Of a stretch of 64,000 bases of DNA, positions 16,549 to 26,420 are shown one piece after another. How positions within the stretch are numbered: position 1 is the first letter of the stretch; the number at the start of each line of letters is the position of its first letter. Below the pieces are notes generated by a model. That model made no database searches, had not been told where the DNA came from, and saw nothing but the letters and a program-made list of their open reading frames with translations. This DNA comes from Alphaproteobacteria bacterium (GTDB lineage Bacteria > Pseudomonadota > Alphaproteobacteria > UBA828). The stretch lies in assembly GCA_965221125.1 (NCBI GenBank), contig CBDCRW010000001.1, forward strand, positions 1 to 64,000, in the 5' to 3' direction. The position numbers were made by a program, and so were the translations under genes.

Positions 16549-18960
16549 TTACTCCGCGCGCCTGCCGGCGCGACCGGCCTCGATCGCGGCGAGGATCGAC
16601 TCGGGCTTCAGCGGTAGCGACGTGATCTCGACGCGGAAGGGCGCCAGCGCGTCGCATATCGCATTTGCGAGCGCGGCGGGTACGGGCCCCGGCCTGCCTT
16701 CGCCCACCGCGCGAACGCCCAGGGGATGGTCCGGACACGGCGTCGGCGCGTGGCTGACGGTCACGGTCGGGACGTCGGCAGCGGAGGCGAGGCGATAGTT
16801 CTCGAAGTCCGCCGTCAACTGCTGGCCGTTCTCGTCGTAGAGGAACTCCTCGAACATGGCGTTCGACATGCCCTGCACGACGCCGCCCTGCACCTGGCCC
16901 TCGACGACGATGGGGTTGATCACCGTGCCGACGTCCTCGCAGGTGGCGTAGTCGAGGATGACGAAGCGCCCGGTCTCGATGTCGACCTCCACCTTGGCGG
17001 CCTGCGCGGTGAAGCAGATCATGGGCTTGGGCGCCTCGAAGTAGGCCGTGTGCTCCAGCCCCGGACTCTCGTCGGGCGGCAGGTTGACCGACCCCATGAC
17101 GATGCGGTCGGCGAGCGCGGCGAATTCGCGGCGGACGTTGCCGTCCTTCTCGTAGACCACCGCGCCGCCCCGGAAGCTGAAGTCGTCGGGACTCGCGCCC
17201 TCCAGTCCGTGATCGTGAATCATGTAGCGCGCCATCTTGGCCTTGAGCGCGGCCGCCGCCTCGGCGATGGCGGCGACGGTGTAGGAGGCCCCGCGTGCGC
17301 CGACGGTGCCGGAGCTCAAGGGCGTGGTGTCGGTATCGCCGTGGCGCACGCTCACGTCGTCGGGGTGGATGCCGAAGGCGTCTGCGGCGACCTGCGCCAT
17401 CGTGGTCTCGTGGCTCTGGCCCTGCGGCGCGTCGCCTTCGTGGATCGCGACCTTGCCGCGCGGATCGATGCGCATGGTGACGACGCCGTAGCCAGGCTGG
17501 TTCTCCAGCGGCACCAGCACGTCCGAGGGGATGCCGGAGAACTCGGCGCCGCAGGCGAAGCCGATGCCGAGGTAGTGCCCCTCCGCGCGGGCCTCCGCCT
17601 GCAGCGCGCGGAAGCCGGGGAGATCGACCGTGGCCAGCAGCGCGTCCCACGCCTTCACGTAGTCGCCGCTGTCGTGATGGACGCCGGTGACGCTGGTGAA
17701 CGGGAAGTCGGCGATCAGGTTCCTGCGCTTGAGTTCGCTCGTCTCGAGGCCGAGCCTGCGCGCCAGCATGTCGAGGGCGCGTTCCAGCGCGAAGCGCGTG
17801 GGCAGCGCGCCGAACGAGCGCGACGGGCTCACGCACGTCTTGTTGGTGACGGCGCAGCGGAGCTTGATGTCGGCATGGCGGATCGCGTAGGCGTTCGGCA
17901 GCATGACCGAGCCGAGCGAGGGCATGACGAAGCCCCAGTAGACTCCCTGGCGCCCGTCGCCCACGTCGGCGATGCCGCGATTGCGGAGCGCGAGGATGCG
18001 CCCCTCCCGGTCCGCCGCGATTTCAAGATCGTGGATCTGGTCGCGCTCCTGGCTCACCGTCATCAGGTGCTCCTCGCGCGTCTCGATCCAGCGCACCGGG
18101 CGCCCCAGCTTGCGCGCGAGATGACAGACCACGACGTGCTCGCGGTAGAACGGCGCCTTGACGCCGAAGCCGCCACCCTGATCGCGCGGCGCGATCACCC
18201 GGACCTGGGCGGTCGAAAGCTCCAGCAGGTCGGCGAGCGCGAGCCGCTCGATGTGCGGGCGCTGCGTCGTCAGGTGCAGGGTCAACCCGTCGGTATCGCT
18301 CCAGATCGCGAGCGCGCCACGGGTCTCGATGGGGCAGACGCCGCAGCGCTGGGTACGGAAGCGCTGCGCGAGCACCACGTCGGCCTCGGCGAACAGCGCC
18401 TCGACGGCGGCGTCGTTTGCGGCGATCGCCTCGTCGTCGGCGCCGCCGGTGTAGCTGGTGCCGAAAATCTCGTTGCTGCCCCAGTCGGCGTAGACGCGGG
18501 GCGCGTCGTCATGCAACGCGGCCTCGGCATCGGTGACGACGGGGAGCGGCGCGTAGTCGACGTCCACGGCGGCCGCCGCGTCCTCGGCTACGTACTTGTC
18601 GTCCGCCACGATGGCGGCGAGCGGCTCGCCATGCCAGTACGCCTCGTCCACCGCGAGCGGCCAGTACTGCCGGTAGTTGGCCGCGAAGGCGGGGATCAGG
18701 ACTGGGATTTTCTGGCCCTGCATCTCCTTCGCGAGTTCGGCGCCTGTGATCGCGCCGACCACGCCCGGCATCGCGAGCGCGGCTTCGAGGCTGATGTCCC
18801 TGATCTTCGCGTGCGCGTGGGTGGAGCGAACGAAGCAGAGATGCAGGCAATCGGGGACGCGGAGGTCGGCGAGGTACGCGCCCTGGCCGGTGAGCAGGCG
18901 CAGGTCCTCGCGCCGCTCCAGCGAGCGGCCGATCCAGCGGGTCTCGTCGGGCGCGTTCAC
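16549..18960 (-). CDS. xanthine dehydrogenase-family molybdopterin-binding large subunit (CoxL/CutL-like)
   Basis: RREDLRLLTGQGAY, RSTHAHAKI, GGGFGVK, QGQSHETT, VEGQVQGG, VGE; GTGA overlap with small subunit. Confidence 0.9.
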   Translation of the reverse strand: MNAPDETRWIGRSLERREDLRLLTGQGAYLADLRVPDCLHLCFVRSTHAHAKIRDISLEAALAMPGVVGAITGAELAKEMQGQKIPVLIPAFAANYRQYWPLAVDEAYWHGEPLAAIVADDKYVAEDAAAAVDVDYAPLPVVTDAEAALHDDAPRVYADWGSNEIFGTSYTGGADDEAIAANDAAVEALFAEADVVLAQRFRTQRCGVCPIETRGALAIWSDTDGLTLHLTTQRPHIERLALADLLELSTAQVRVIAPRDQGGGFGVKAPFYREHVVVCHLARKLGRPVRWIETREEHLMTVSQERDQIHDLEIAADREGRILALRNRGIADVGDGRQGVYWGFVMPSLGSVMLPNAYAIRHADIKLRCAVTNKTCVSPSRSFGALPTRFALERALDMLARRLGLETSELKRRNLIADFPFTSVTGVHHDSGDYVKAWDALLATVDLPGFRALQAEARAEGHYLGIGFACGAEFSGIPSDVLVPLENQPGYGVVTMRIDPRGKVAIHEGDAPQGQSHETTMAQVAADAFGIHPDDVSVRHGDTDTTPLSSGTVGARGASYTVAAIAEAAAALKAKMARYMIHDHGLEGASPDDFSFRGGAVVYEKDGNVRREFAALADRIVMGSVNLPPDESPGLEHTAYFEAPKPMICFTAQAAKVEVDIETGRFVILDYATCEDVGTVINPIVVEGQVQGGVVQGMSNAMFEEFLYDENGQQLTADFENYRLASAADVPTVTVSHAPTPCPDHPLGVRAVGEGRPGPVPAALANAICDALAPFRVEITSLPLKPESILAAIEAGRAGRRAE

Positions 18961-19472
18961 GGCGCGCCCTCGGTTTCGGCCGGCGGCGGCGCGGGCTTCA
19001 GCCCGTGGCGCATGGCGGAGGCGGCGAGGATGGCCTCGACGATGTGGCTGTAGCCGGTGCAGCGGCAGAGGTTGCCCACCAGCGCGCGGCGCACGTCCTC
19101 TTCGCTCGGGTTGATGTTCTCCTCCAGGAAGTCGACCGCGTTCATCAGGATCCCGCTCGTGCAGAAGCCGCACTGCAGCGCGTGGTAGCGGCGGAACGTC
19201 TCCTGCAGGCGGTGCAGCTTGCCGCCCTGGGCGAGGCCCTCGACGGTGGTGATCTCCTTGCCGTCGGCCTGCACCGCGAGCTTCATGCATGATTTGTGGG
19301 CGCGGCCCTCGATCTGCACGGTGCAGGCGCCGCAGCGCCCTTCGTAGGAGCAGCCGATGTGCGTGCCGGTGAGGCCGCATTCGTCGCGGATGAAGTCGAC
19401 GAGGAGGAGGCGGAGCGGCACGGTCCGCTCGTAGTCCTTGCCGTTGACGGTGACGCTGATCGTCTTCTGCAC
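18957..19472 (-). CDS. [2Fe-2S] small subunit (CoxS/CutS-like)
   Basis: GC..GRCGACTV, QCGFCT, NLCRCTGY; GTG 19472. Confidence 0.92.
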   Translation of the reverse strand: MQKTISVTVNGKDYERTVPLRLLLVDFIRDECGLTGTHIGCSYEGRCGACTVQIEGRAHKSCMKLAVQADGKEITTVEGLAQGGKLHRLQETFRRYHALQCGFCTSGILMNAVDFLEENINPSEEDVRRALVGNLCRCTGYSHIVEAILAASAMRHGLKPAPPPAETEGAP

Positions 19473-19476
19473 GGCC

Positions 19477-20358
19477 CTAGCCTCCCAGCGCGCGGGCGTG
19501 AGCCTCGGCCAGCACGTCGCGGCCAAGGGTGCGGATCAGCACCTTGCGGTAACGGGCGCTGGCGAGGTGGTCCGTCTGCGTCGGGGTCGCATCGGCCGCT
19601 GCGCTCGCCGCCTCGGCGAAGGCCGCGTCGGTGCCCGGCCGGCCGCGGAGCAGCTCACGCACGCCGTTGAAGCGCCGGGCGGTGGGCAGCACGCCGCCGA
19701 CGCTGAAGCGGGCATCGGTGCAAATCCAGGCCTCGTCCACCTCGATCAAGGCGGCGATGCCGACGATCGGCAGTCCGTCCACCGTCGCACCGATTTTTTG
19801 GTAGGCGCTGCCGACTCCCTGGTGCTTCGACGACGGAAAATTGATCTCGATCAGCAGCTCGTCGTCCCTGAGCGCGGTCTCCAGCGGCCCGAGCAGGAAT
19901 TCGTCGATGGGGACCACGCGCTCGCCACCGGCCAGCGAGGCAAGCACCAGCGTCGCATCGAGGCAGAGGCAGGCGTTCGGCATGCAGGAGGCGGCATCGT
20001 TCCAGCACAGGCTGCCGCCGATGGTGCCGGCGTTGCGCACCTGCCGGTCGCCCACGGTCGCCGCCGCGTCGCCCAGCGCCTGGAGGGCGCCGCGCAGGGC
20101 CGACGTCCCGGCCAGCTCGCGGTAGCGGGTGAGGGGGCGCAAAGTCACGCCGCGCGGGCCTCTGGCGAGCCCGCTCAGCTCCTCCACCTCGTTCAGGTCG
20201 ATCAGCGCGCGGGGCGCCATCAGGCGCGCCTTCATCGCCTGCATCAGGCTCATGCCGCCGGCAATGAACGCCGCGTCGCCGCTCGCCTCGGCGCGGTGCT
20301 GCAGCGCCTCCTCGATGGTCCTGGGCGCGAAATAGGCCTCGATCGGCGCCGGATACAT
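19477..20358 (-). CDS. FAD-binding medium subunit (CoxM/CutM-like)
   Basis: IAGGMSL, QVRNAGTIGGS, ASARYRK. Confidence 0.9.
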   Translation of the reverse strand: MYPAPIEAYFAPRTIEEALQHRAEASGDAAFIAGGMSLMQAMKARLMAPRALIDLNEVEELSGLARGPRGVTLRPLTRYRELAGTSALRGALQALGDAAATVGDRQVRNAGTIGGSLCWNDAASCMPNACLCLDATLVLASLAGGERVVPIDEFLLGPLETALRDDELLIEINFPSSKHQGVGSAYQKIGATVDGLPIVGIAALIEVDEAWICTDARFSVGGVLPTARRFNGVRELLRGRPGTDAAFAEAASAAADATPTQTDHLASARYRKVLIRTLGRDVLAEAHARALGG

Positions 20359-20506
20359 GGTGCGCTCAGCCTATGCCGAATCCCGCGCGTCCGAAACGGC
20401 CCGGTGCAGCGCGCCCGTCAGGGTCGGCCGCGTTGCCCATTTGCGAACCGTCCCGGAGCCGGGCAGAATCGCGCCCGATCCGAATTCAAGAGGGAGGAAG
20501 ACGACC

Positions 20507-21871
20507 ATGATCATCAAACGGCGCGGAACACGCAGAGAGGAAGGCGCACGCAAGCGGTTCCTCGAAAGCCGGCGGAACTTCATGAAGGGCGTGGGCCTCA
20601 CCGGCTTCGGCGCCGCCGCCATGTCGAGCGGCCTGCTCGCCGACATCAACGACGGGGCCCGTGCCGAGGGCGACCCGATTCCGGTCGGCGGCTGCGTGCC
20701 GCTCACCGGCTGGGCCGCCGCCGACGGCCTCTCGTTCAAGAGCGGGCTCGAGCTCGCCTGCGAGGAAATCAACATGATGGGCGGTATCCTCGGCCGGCCG
20801 CTCGCGCCCGTCTTCGAGGACAGCAAGGAGCAGGGCGCCGACAACATCATCCCGGCGATGCAGCGGCTGCTCGACCGCCATGAGGTCCACGCGATCATCA
20901 ACGGCTACAACACCGGCGCTGTCACGGCGGAGTACGACACCATCGCCGATGCGGGCGTGCCCTACATCCACCACAACACCGACATCGTGCATCACGAGAC
21001 GGTGGGCAACGATCCCGAGACCTACTACAGCATCTTCATGGCCGACCCCGCCGAGTACTGGTACGGCGAGGGCTTCATGAAGTTCATCAGCGACCTCAAC
21101 GACACCGGCAAGTGGCAAGCGCCCAACCGCAAGGTCGCCATCGTCACCGGCTCGCAGAACTACAGCGTGGTCATCGCCAACGCGATGCGCGATTCGGCCG
21201 CAAAGTACGGCTGGGAGATCAGCCTGTACGAGACCGTGGTGGTGCCGATCTCCGAGTGGGGGCCGACGCTGCAGAAGATCCGCAACGACCCGCCGGCGGC
21301 CATCGCGATCACCCACTGGGTTCCGCAGGATCTCGCGCAGTTCATGATGCAGTTCGTGCCCAACCCGACGCCAAGCCTGGTCTACATGCAGTACGGCCCG
21401 CTGCTCGCGGCCTTCCGGGAGATCGGCAAGGAGGCCACCAACGGCGTGCTCTTCGCCACCGTGGTCGGCGCGTTGCAGGACGATCTCGGCCAGGAGTATT
21501 TCAAGCGCTTCAACGCGGCGTTCGGCGAGAGCGCGAGCCCGCTCACCGGCTCCCAGCCCTACGATTCGTGCCACTACTGGGCGATCGCGTCGGCCCTCGC
21601 CGGCGGCACCGGCGCGCCCGGCGAGTTCGAGCAGAACGAGAAGGTCTGCGAGCGCATCCGCCGCATGATCTATCGCGGCGTGCAGGGGGCGACCGCGTGG
21701 GTGCTGCCCTACCAGGCGGCGCGGACGTATCCGACCGAGACACCGGACCCCTCGCTCGGCATGCCGCACCAGTTCCTCCAGGTTCAGAACCACCTGGAGC
21801 AGGGCAAGCTGATCGCGCCGTCGCCCTACGAGACGGCGCAGTTCCAGTTGCCGCCGTGGATTGAAGCCTAA
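20507..21871 (+). CDS. Liv/branched-chain-amino-acid-type ABC substrate-binding protein, Tat-exported
   Basis: SRRNFMK twin-arginine motif; PLTG..A.DG, EEIN..GGILGRP typical of PBP type 1; SD GAGGGAGG. Confidence 0.85.
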   Translation: MIIKRRGTRREEGARKRFLESRRNFMKGVGLTGFGAAAMSSGLLADINDGARAEGDPIPVGGCVPLTGWAAADGLSFKSGLELACEEINMMGGILGRPLAPVFEDSKEQGADNIIPAMQRLLDRHEVHAIINGYNTGAVTAEYDTIADAGVPYIHHNTDIVHHETVGNDPETYYSIFMADPAEYWYGEGFMKFISDLNDTGKWQAPNRKVAIVTGSQNYSVVIANAMRDSAAKYGWEISLYETVVVPISEWGPTLQKIRNDPPAAIAITHWVPQDLAQFMMQFVPNPTPSLVYMQYGPLLAAFREIGKEATNGVLFATVVGALQDDLGQEYFKRFNAAFGESASPLTGSQPYDSCHYWAIASALAGGTGAPGEFEQNEKVCERIRRMIYRGVQGATAWVLPYQAARTYPTETPDPSLGMPHQFLQVQNHLEQGKLIAPSPYETAQFQLPPWIEA

Positions 21872-21879
21872 GTCCCGTC

Positions 21880-22704
21880 ATGGAGCGAACGGCGACGGAG
21901 GCCTTGCTCTCCTGCCAGGGCGTCGACAAGTACTTCGGCGCCCTGGCCGCCGTTCGCGACATGACCTTCGACGTCTTTCCCGGCGAGGCGCTCGGGATCG
22001 GCGGCCCCAACGGCGCCGGCAAGACGACGCTCTTCGACGTCATCTCGGGCCTCAACCCGGCGACCGCCGGCAGCATCACCTTCGACGGCAAGGTGATCAC
22101 GCGGGCCACGCCCGACCGCACCTGCCAGCTCGGCATGGCGCGCACCTTTCAGCTCAACGCCGGCTTCGACACGCTGACGGCGCGCGAGAACACGATGATC
22201 GCGGCCTACTTCGGCCGCCACAATCGGCTCATTCCGGGGCTGCGCTTCGACCGTGAAACCCAGAAGCTCGCCGATGAGGCGATGGACTTCGTGGGCCTCG
22301 AAGAGGTCGCGCACGAGCCGGTGCAGACGCTCCCCACATACTACCGCAAGCTCCTGATGGTGGCGGGCGCGCTCGCGACCCAGCCGAAGATGCTGCTGAT
22401 GGACGAGCCGGTCGGCGGCCTCAACCCGCAGGAGATCGACGAGGTGATGGCCCTCGTCCGCCGGCTCAAGGAGCGCGGGCTCACCATCATGCTCATCGAG
22501 CACGTGATGCGCTTCCTGGTGCGGCTCTCGGACCGGGTGCTCATCATGCACCACGGCGAGAAGATTTTTGAGGGCTCGGCGACGGGCCTGGTTCACGACA
22601 AGACCGTGGTCGACGTCTACCTGGGCGAGGGCTCGTCGCGCCGCCTGCAGCACATGCTGGAGGACCAGCCCACGCCCGGCGAGGGCGCCGCGAGCCCGCC
22701 ATGA
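21880..22704 (+). CDS. ABC ATPase, LivG-like
   Basis: GPNGAGKTT, ARTFQ, LLMDEP, IEHVM. Confidence 0.9.
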   Translation: MERTATEALLSCQGVDKYFGALAAVRDMTFDVFPGEALGIGGPNGAGKTTLFDVISGLNPATAGSITFDGKVITRATPDRTCQLGMARTFQLNAGFDTLTARENTMIAAYFGRHNRLIPGLRFDRETQKLADEAMDFVGLEEVAHEPVQTLPTYYRKLLMVAGALATQPKMLLMDEPVGGLNPQEIDEVMALVRRLKERGLTIMLIEHVMRFLVRLSDRVLIMHHGEKIFEGSATGLVHDKTVVDVYLGEGSSRRLQHMLEDQPTPGEGAASPP

Positions 22705-23417
22705 GCGAGCCGCTCCTGGAGGTCGATTCGCTCGACGCCGGCTATCACGGCCAGCGGGTCCTGCGGGACGTCTCGTTCGCCGTGCCGGACGGCGGCCTCA
22801 TCACCATCATCGGACCCAACGGCCACGGCAAGACGACGCTGCTGCGCGCGGTCTCCGGCCTGATCCACCCCATGGCCGGCGAGATCCGCTTCGCCGGCAA
22901 GGCGATCGGCGGCGCGCGCGTGGACCGCATCGTGGCGCTCGGCATCGTCCACATCCCGCAGGGCGACATGATCTTCTCGGAGATGACGGTGCGCGACAAT
23001 CTGCTCATGGGCGCCTACCTGCCGGGGCCCTACCGCGTGCTCGATGCGAGCCTGAAGGAGGTCTACGCGCTGCTGCCCCGGCTCGAGGAGCGGGAAAGCC
23101 AGATCGCGTCGACGCTCTCCGGCGGCGAGCGGCGGATGCTCGCGATCGGCCGCGGCATGATGACCGGCGGGCGCATCCTCCTGATCGACGAGCCCTCGCT
23201 CGGCCTCGCCCCCATCGCCATCGACACCATCTACGGCCTGATCGGCGCGCTCAAGGAGGCGGGCCGGACGATCCTGCTGGTGGAAGAGAACGCGAGCCGC
23301 GTCGCCGACCTCGCGGACCGCATCTACCTGCTCGACCACGGCGAGTTCGTCTGGCAGGGCACCGCCGCCGAGCTCGACCGGCACGACGAGATCGTCGAGA
23401 CCTATCTCGGCGGCTGA
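22701..23417 (+). CDS. ABC ATPase, LivF-like
   Basis: GPNGHGKTT, LSGGE, DEPSLGLAP. Confidence 0.9.
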   Translation: MSEPLLEVDSLDAGYHGQRVLRDVSFAVPDGGLITIIGPNGHGKTTLLRAVSGLIHPMAGEIRFAGKAIGGARVDRIVALGIVHIPQGDMIFSEMTVRDNLLMGAYLPGPYRVLDASLKEVYALLPRLEERESQIASTLSGGERRMLAIGRGMMTGGRILLIDEPSLGLAPIAIDTIYGLIGALKEAGRTILLVEENASRVADLADRIYLLDHGEFVWQGTAAELDRHDEIVETYLGG

Positions 23418-23426
23418 GGCAGCGCG

Positions 23427-24305
23427 GTGGATACAGTCGTCCAGATCATCGTCAGCGGCCTCACGCTGGGCGCGATGTATGCCGCGAGCGCCATCGGCCT
23501 CTCGCTCGTCTGGGGGGCGATGGGCGTGCTCAACATGGCGCACGGCGCGCTGCTCACCATCGGCGGCTATGCCTCCTATTCCGCGGTGCTCCAGCTGGGG
23601 CTGCCCTGGTATCTCGGCCTGCCGGCGGCGATGGTCGTGAGCTTCGTGGTGGGCCTCGCCATCTACCACATCATCTTCCGCTTCATGTACCGCCACCCGG
23701 CGTTCGAGACCAACGTCATCATCGCCACCGTGGGCCTCGCCATCTTCCTCGAGCAGGTGACGCTGCTCATCTACGGCGCCTATCCCTTCCCGCAGCCCTT
23801 CTCCATCGAGGAGGGCTTCTACGTCTCCAGCGTCTTCGTCCGCTTCCAGAACGTGCTGATCCTGATTCTCGCGGTGGTGACGATGCTGCTGGTGGCCGCG
23901 CTGCTCTCGCGCACGCGCATGGGCCGCGCCATCCGGGCTACGGCGCTCAACCGCGAGGCGGCGCAGCTCATGGGGGTGAACGTCGGGCGCGTCTTCGCCC
24001 AGGTGATGGGGATTGCGGGCGTCGTGGCCGCGGTCTCCGGCGTCATGCTGAGCTCGATCACGACGCTCGCGCCGACCATGGGCTACGATCCCATGCTGAA
24101 GGCCTTCATCATCTGCGTGATCGCCGGGCTCGGCAACGTGCCGGGCGCGCTCATCGCGGCCTTCGTCCTCGGCCTGTTCGAGGCGGTGGTGCAGTTCGCC
24201 GTCGGCGTCCGCTTCGGCTTTCCGGCCCTGTTGGCGCTGGTCATCGTCGCTCTCATCTGGCGCCCCTACGGCGTGTTCGGTCGCCGCCAGGTGCGCCGCG
24301 TCTGA
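23427..24305 (+). CDS. ABC permease, LivH-like
   Basis: GLSLVWG.MGVLNMAHG, GRAIRATA, GLGNVPGA. Confidence 0.9.
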   Translation: MDTVVQIIVSGLTLGAMYAASAIGLSLVWGAMGVLNMAHGALLTIGGYASYSAVLQLGLPWYLGLPAAMVVSFVVGLAIYHIIFRFMYRHPAFETNVIIATVGLAIFLEQVTLLIYGAYPFPQPFSIEEGFYVSSVFVRFQNVLILILAVVTMLLVAALLSRTRMGRAIRATALNREAAQLMGVNVGRVFAQVMGIAGVVAAVSGVMLSSITTLAPTMGYDPMLKAFIICVIAGLGNVPGALIAAFVLGLFEAVVQFAVGVRFGFPALLALVIVALIWRPYGVFGRRQVRRV

Positions 24306-25369
24306 TGTTCGAGACCGGCCCCAACTGGCGGCGGGATGTCGCCTTCGGCGCGATCCTGGTCGCGGTGATGATCGCGATCCCCTTCCTCGGGCCATCGCGC
24401 TATCTGATCGGGCAGCTCACGCTCTTCTTCCTCTGGGCGACCGTGGTCTCGCAGTGGAACCTGGTGTTCGGCGTCGGCGGCATCTTCTCGCTGGCGCAGA
24501 TGGCGATCTTCGCCTTTGGCGGCTTCGCCACGGGCATGATGGGGCTCTATCTCGGCATCTCGCTGTGGATCGCGCTGCCGCTCGCCGGCATCGGCTCGAT
24601 CCTGTTCAGCCTGCTGATTGGCCTCGCGTGCCTCAGGCTCCGGGGCCCCTACGTGGCGCTGCTGACGCTCGCCATCGCGCAGGTGATGTACTTGCTCATC
24701 ATTACGGACACCGCCTGCTTCTACATGGAGGGTGTAACCTGCCGAAACTTCACCGGCGGCACGCGGGGGCTGTCCAAGTTCGGCGACTTCGGCTTCCGCG
24801 AGATGCTGGGCCGGCGCGAGTACCTGAAGGGCGACTACTACCTCTCGCTCTTCCTGCTCTCGCTGGCGCTGGTCTTCTCGTTCGTCATCATCCGCAGCCC
24901 TTTGGGTTTCGCCTTCCGCGCGCTCCGCGACAACCCGGAGTACGGTATCTCCCGCGGGCTCAACCGCTTCAAGTACCAGCTTCTCGTGTTCGCCATGTCG
25001 GCCTTCTTCACCGGGCTGGCCGGCGGCGTCTTCGCCGGGCACTTCCGGGTCATCGGCGCCAACGTCCTGTCGCTTCCCCTCCTTCTCTTCCTGATCTCGA
25101 TGATGGTGGTCGGCGGGCTCGGACGCGCCTGGGGGCCGATCCTGGGCGCCGCGCTCGTCATGCTGGCGGACGAGGGGATGAAGGACTTCGTCGAGATCAG
25201 GAACATGGGCTACGGTGCGCTCATCGTCGCCATCGTCGTGCTCCTGCCGCAAGGGGCCGCAGGCGGGCTGGAGCAGGTCTGGGGCTGGATCCTTCGCAGC
25301 CTGCGCCGATTGCGAGGCGCGCCCGGCCCGCCGGCAGCCGGCCGCGCCGGCGGCGGACGGCGCGAATGA
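24305..25369 (+). CDS. ABC permease, LivM-like
   Basis: WNLVFGVGGIFSLAQ, RLRGPYVALLTLA, SPLGFAFRALRDN, VVGGLG; TGATG coupling. Confidence 0.88.
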   Translation: MFETGPNWRRDVAFGAILVAVMIAIPFLGPSRYLIGQLTLFFLWATVVSQWNLVFGVGGIFSLAQMAIFAFGGFATGMMGLYLGISLWIALPLAGIGSILFSLLIGLACLRLRGPYVALLTLAIAQVMYLLIITDTACFYMEGVTCRNFTGGTRGLSKFGDFGFREMLGRREYLKGDYYLSLFLLSLALVFSFVIIRSPLGFAFRALRDNPEYGISRGLNRFKYQLLVFAMSAFFTGLAGGVFAGHFRVIGANVLSLPLLLFLISMMVVGGLGRAWGPILGAALVMLADEGMKDFVEIRNMGYGALIVAIVVLLPQGAAGGLEQVWGWILRSLRRLRGAPGPPAAGRAGGGRRE

Positions 25370-25421
25370 CGGCAGGCCGGGTTGCGCGGCTCGCCGGCGG
25401 CTGACCGGCCTTCACCGTCAC

Positions 25422-26420
25422 TCATTCACCTCCCCTGATCGCCGGGCGCCGGGCCTTGTTCCGGGCGAGCTTGTCCCAAGCGAGCTTGTCCCGGGCGAGG
25501 TGGCGGAACAGCTCCGCCTCGCGCTGTTGGAGCAGCGCCGCGCCGTCGCGCGCGCTCCAGTCATAGACGCCCCGGCCCGAGGGCAGGCCGCGATGGCCCG
25601 CATCGACCAGCGCGGTCACCGCCGAAGCGGGCTGGGAGCCCGTCTTCAAGTGCGGGATCAGGTACGCGCCGAAGGCGTGCAGCGTATCGAGGCCGCCCAC
25701 GTCGGCCGACTCGATGGGCCCGGTGATGGCGAGACGCCGCCCGAGGGACGCCTTGACCACCGTGTCGATCGCCTCGGCCGACGCGGCTCCCTCCGCCCAG
25801 AGCGCCCAGGCCTCGCGCAGGATCGCGTACTGCAGCCGGTTGCCGATGAAGCCCGGCACCTCCTTATCGACGATCACCGGCTCCTTCCCCGCTGCGCGCA
25901 GCACGTCGCAGAGCCAGGGCGCCACGTCCGGGTCGGTCTCCGGCCCGGCGCAGACCTCGACGAGGGGGATGAGCTGCGGCGGGTACCAGAAGTGCGCGGC
26001 GACCACACGCCCGCGGTGCGTGACGTTCGACACCAGCTCGCTCGCGGGCTGCCCGCTGCCCGAGGCGAAGACGGCGGGCGGCGCGCAGATCGCGTCGAGC
26101 CGCCCGTAGACCTCGTCCTGCACGGCCCGGTCGGCCGGAACCGCCTCGAGGACGAGCTGCGCCTCCGCCGCGTCCTCGAGATCGGTCGAGGTGCGGATGC
26201 GGCCGAGCGCAGCGCCCGCCTCGGCTGCCGTGACGAGCCCGTGCGCCTCGAAGGCGGCGAGGCTCTTCGCGATCTTCTCCATCGCCGCGGCGAGGCTCTC
26301 GTCGCGCCGGCCGATCATGACGACGCGGTGGCCCGCAGTCGCGACTATCTGGGCCATGCCGTGGCCGATGAGGCCGTTGCCCACGACGGCAACGGTGTCG
26401 AGCGTTGCAGGGACGGTCAT
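25422..26420 (-). CDS. 3-hydroxyacyl-CoA dehydrogenase-family protein (divergent)
   Basis: VVGNGLIG, LEAVP, HFWYPP.LIPLVEV, PGFIGNRLQ; ATGA overlap with upstream gene. Confidence 0.85.
   Translation of the reverse strand: MTVPATLDTVAVVGNGLIGHGMAQIVATAGHRVVMIGRRDESLAAAMEKIAKSLAAFEAHGLVTAAEAGAALGRIRTSTDLEDAAEAQLVLEAVPADRAVQDEVYGRLDAICAPPAVFASGSGQPASELVSNVTHRGRVVAAHFWYPPQLIPLVEVCAGPETDPDVAPWLCDVLRAAGKEPVIVDKEVPGFIGNRLQYAILREAWALWAEGAASAEAIDTVVKASLGRRLAITGPIESADVGGLDTLHAFGAYLIPHLKTGSQPASAVTALVDAGHRGLPSGRGVYDWSARDGAALLQQREAELFRHLARDKLAWDKLARNKARRPAIRGGE
25455..25499. repeat. 3 x 15-bp tandem repeat (LARDK-LAWDK-LARNK)
   Basis: CTTGTTCCGGGCGAG CTTGTCCCAAGCGAG CTTGTCCCGGGCGAG. Confidence 0.8.

Noticed and set aside
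16549-20358. Aerobic CO dehydrogenase (coxMSL)
   Set aside because: Lacks the AYxCSFR Cu-binding loop and the coxDEFG accessory genes.
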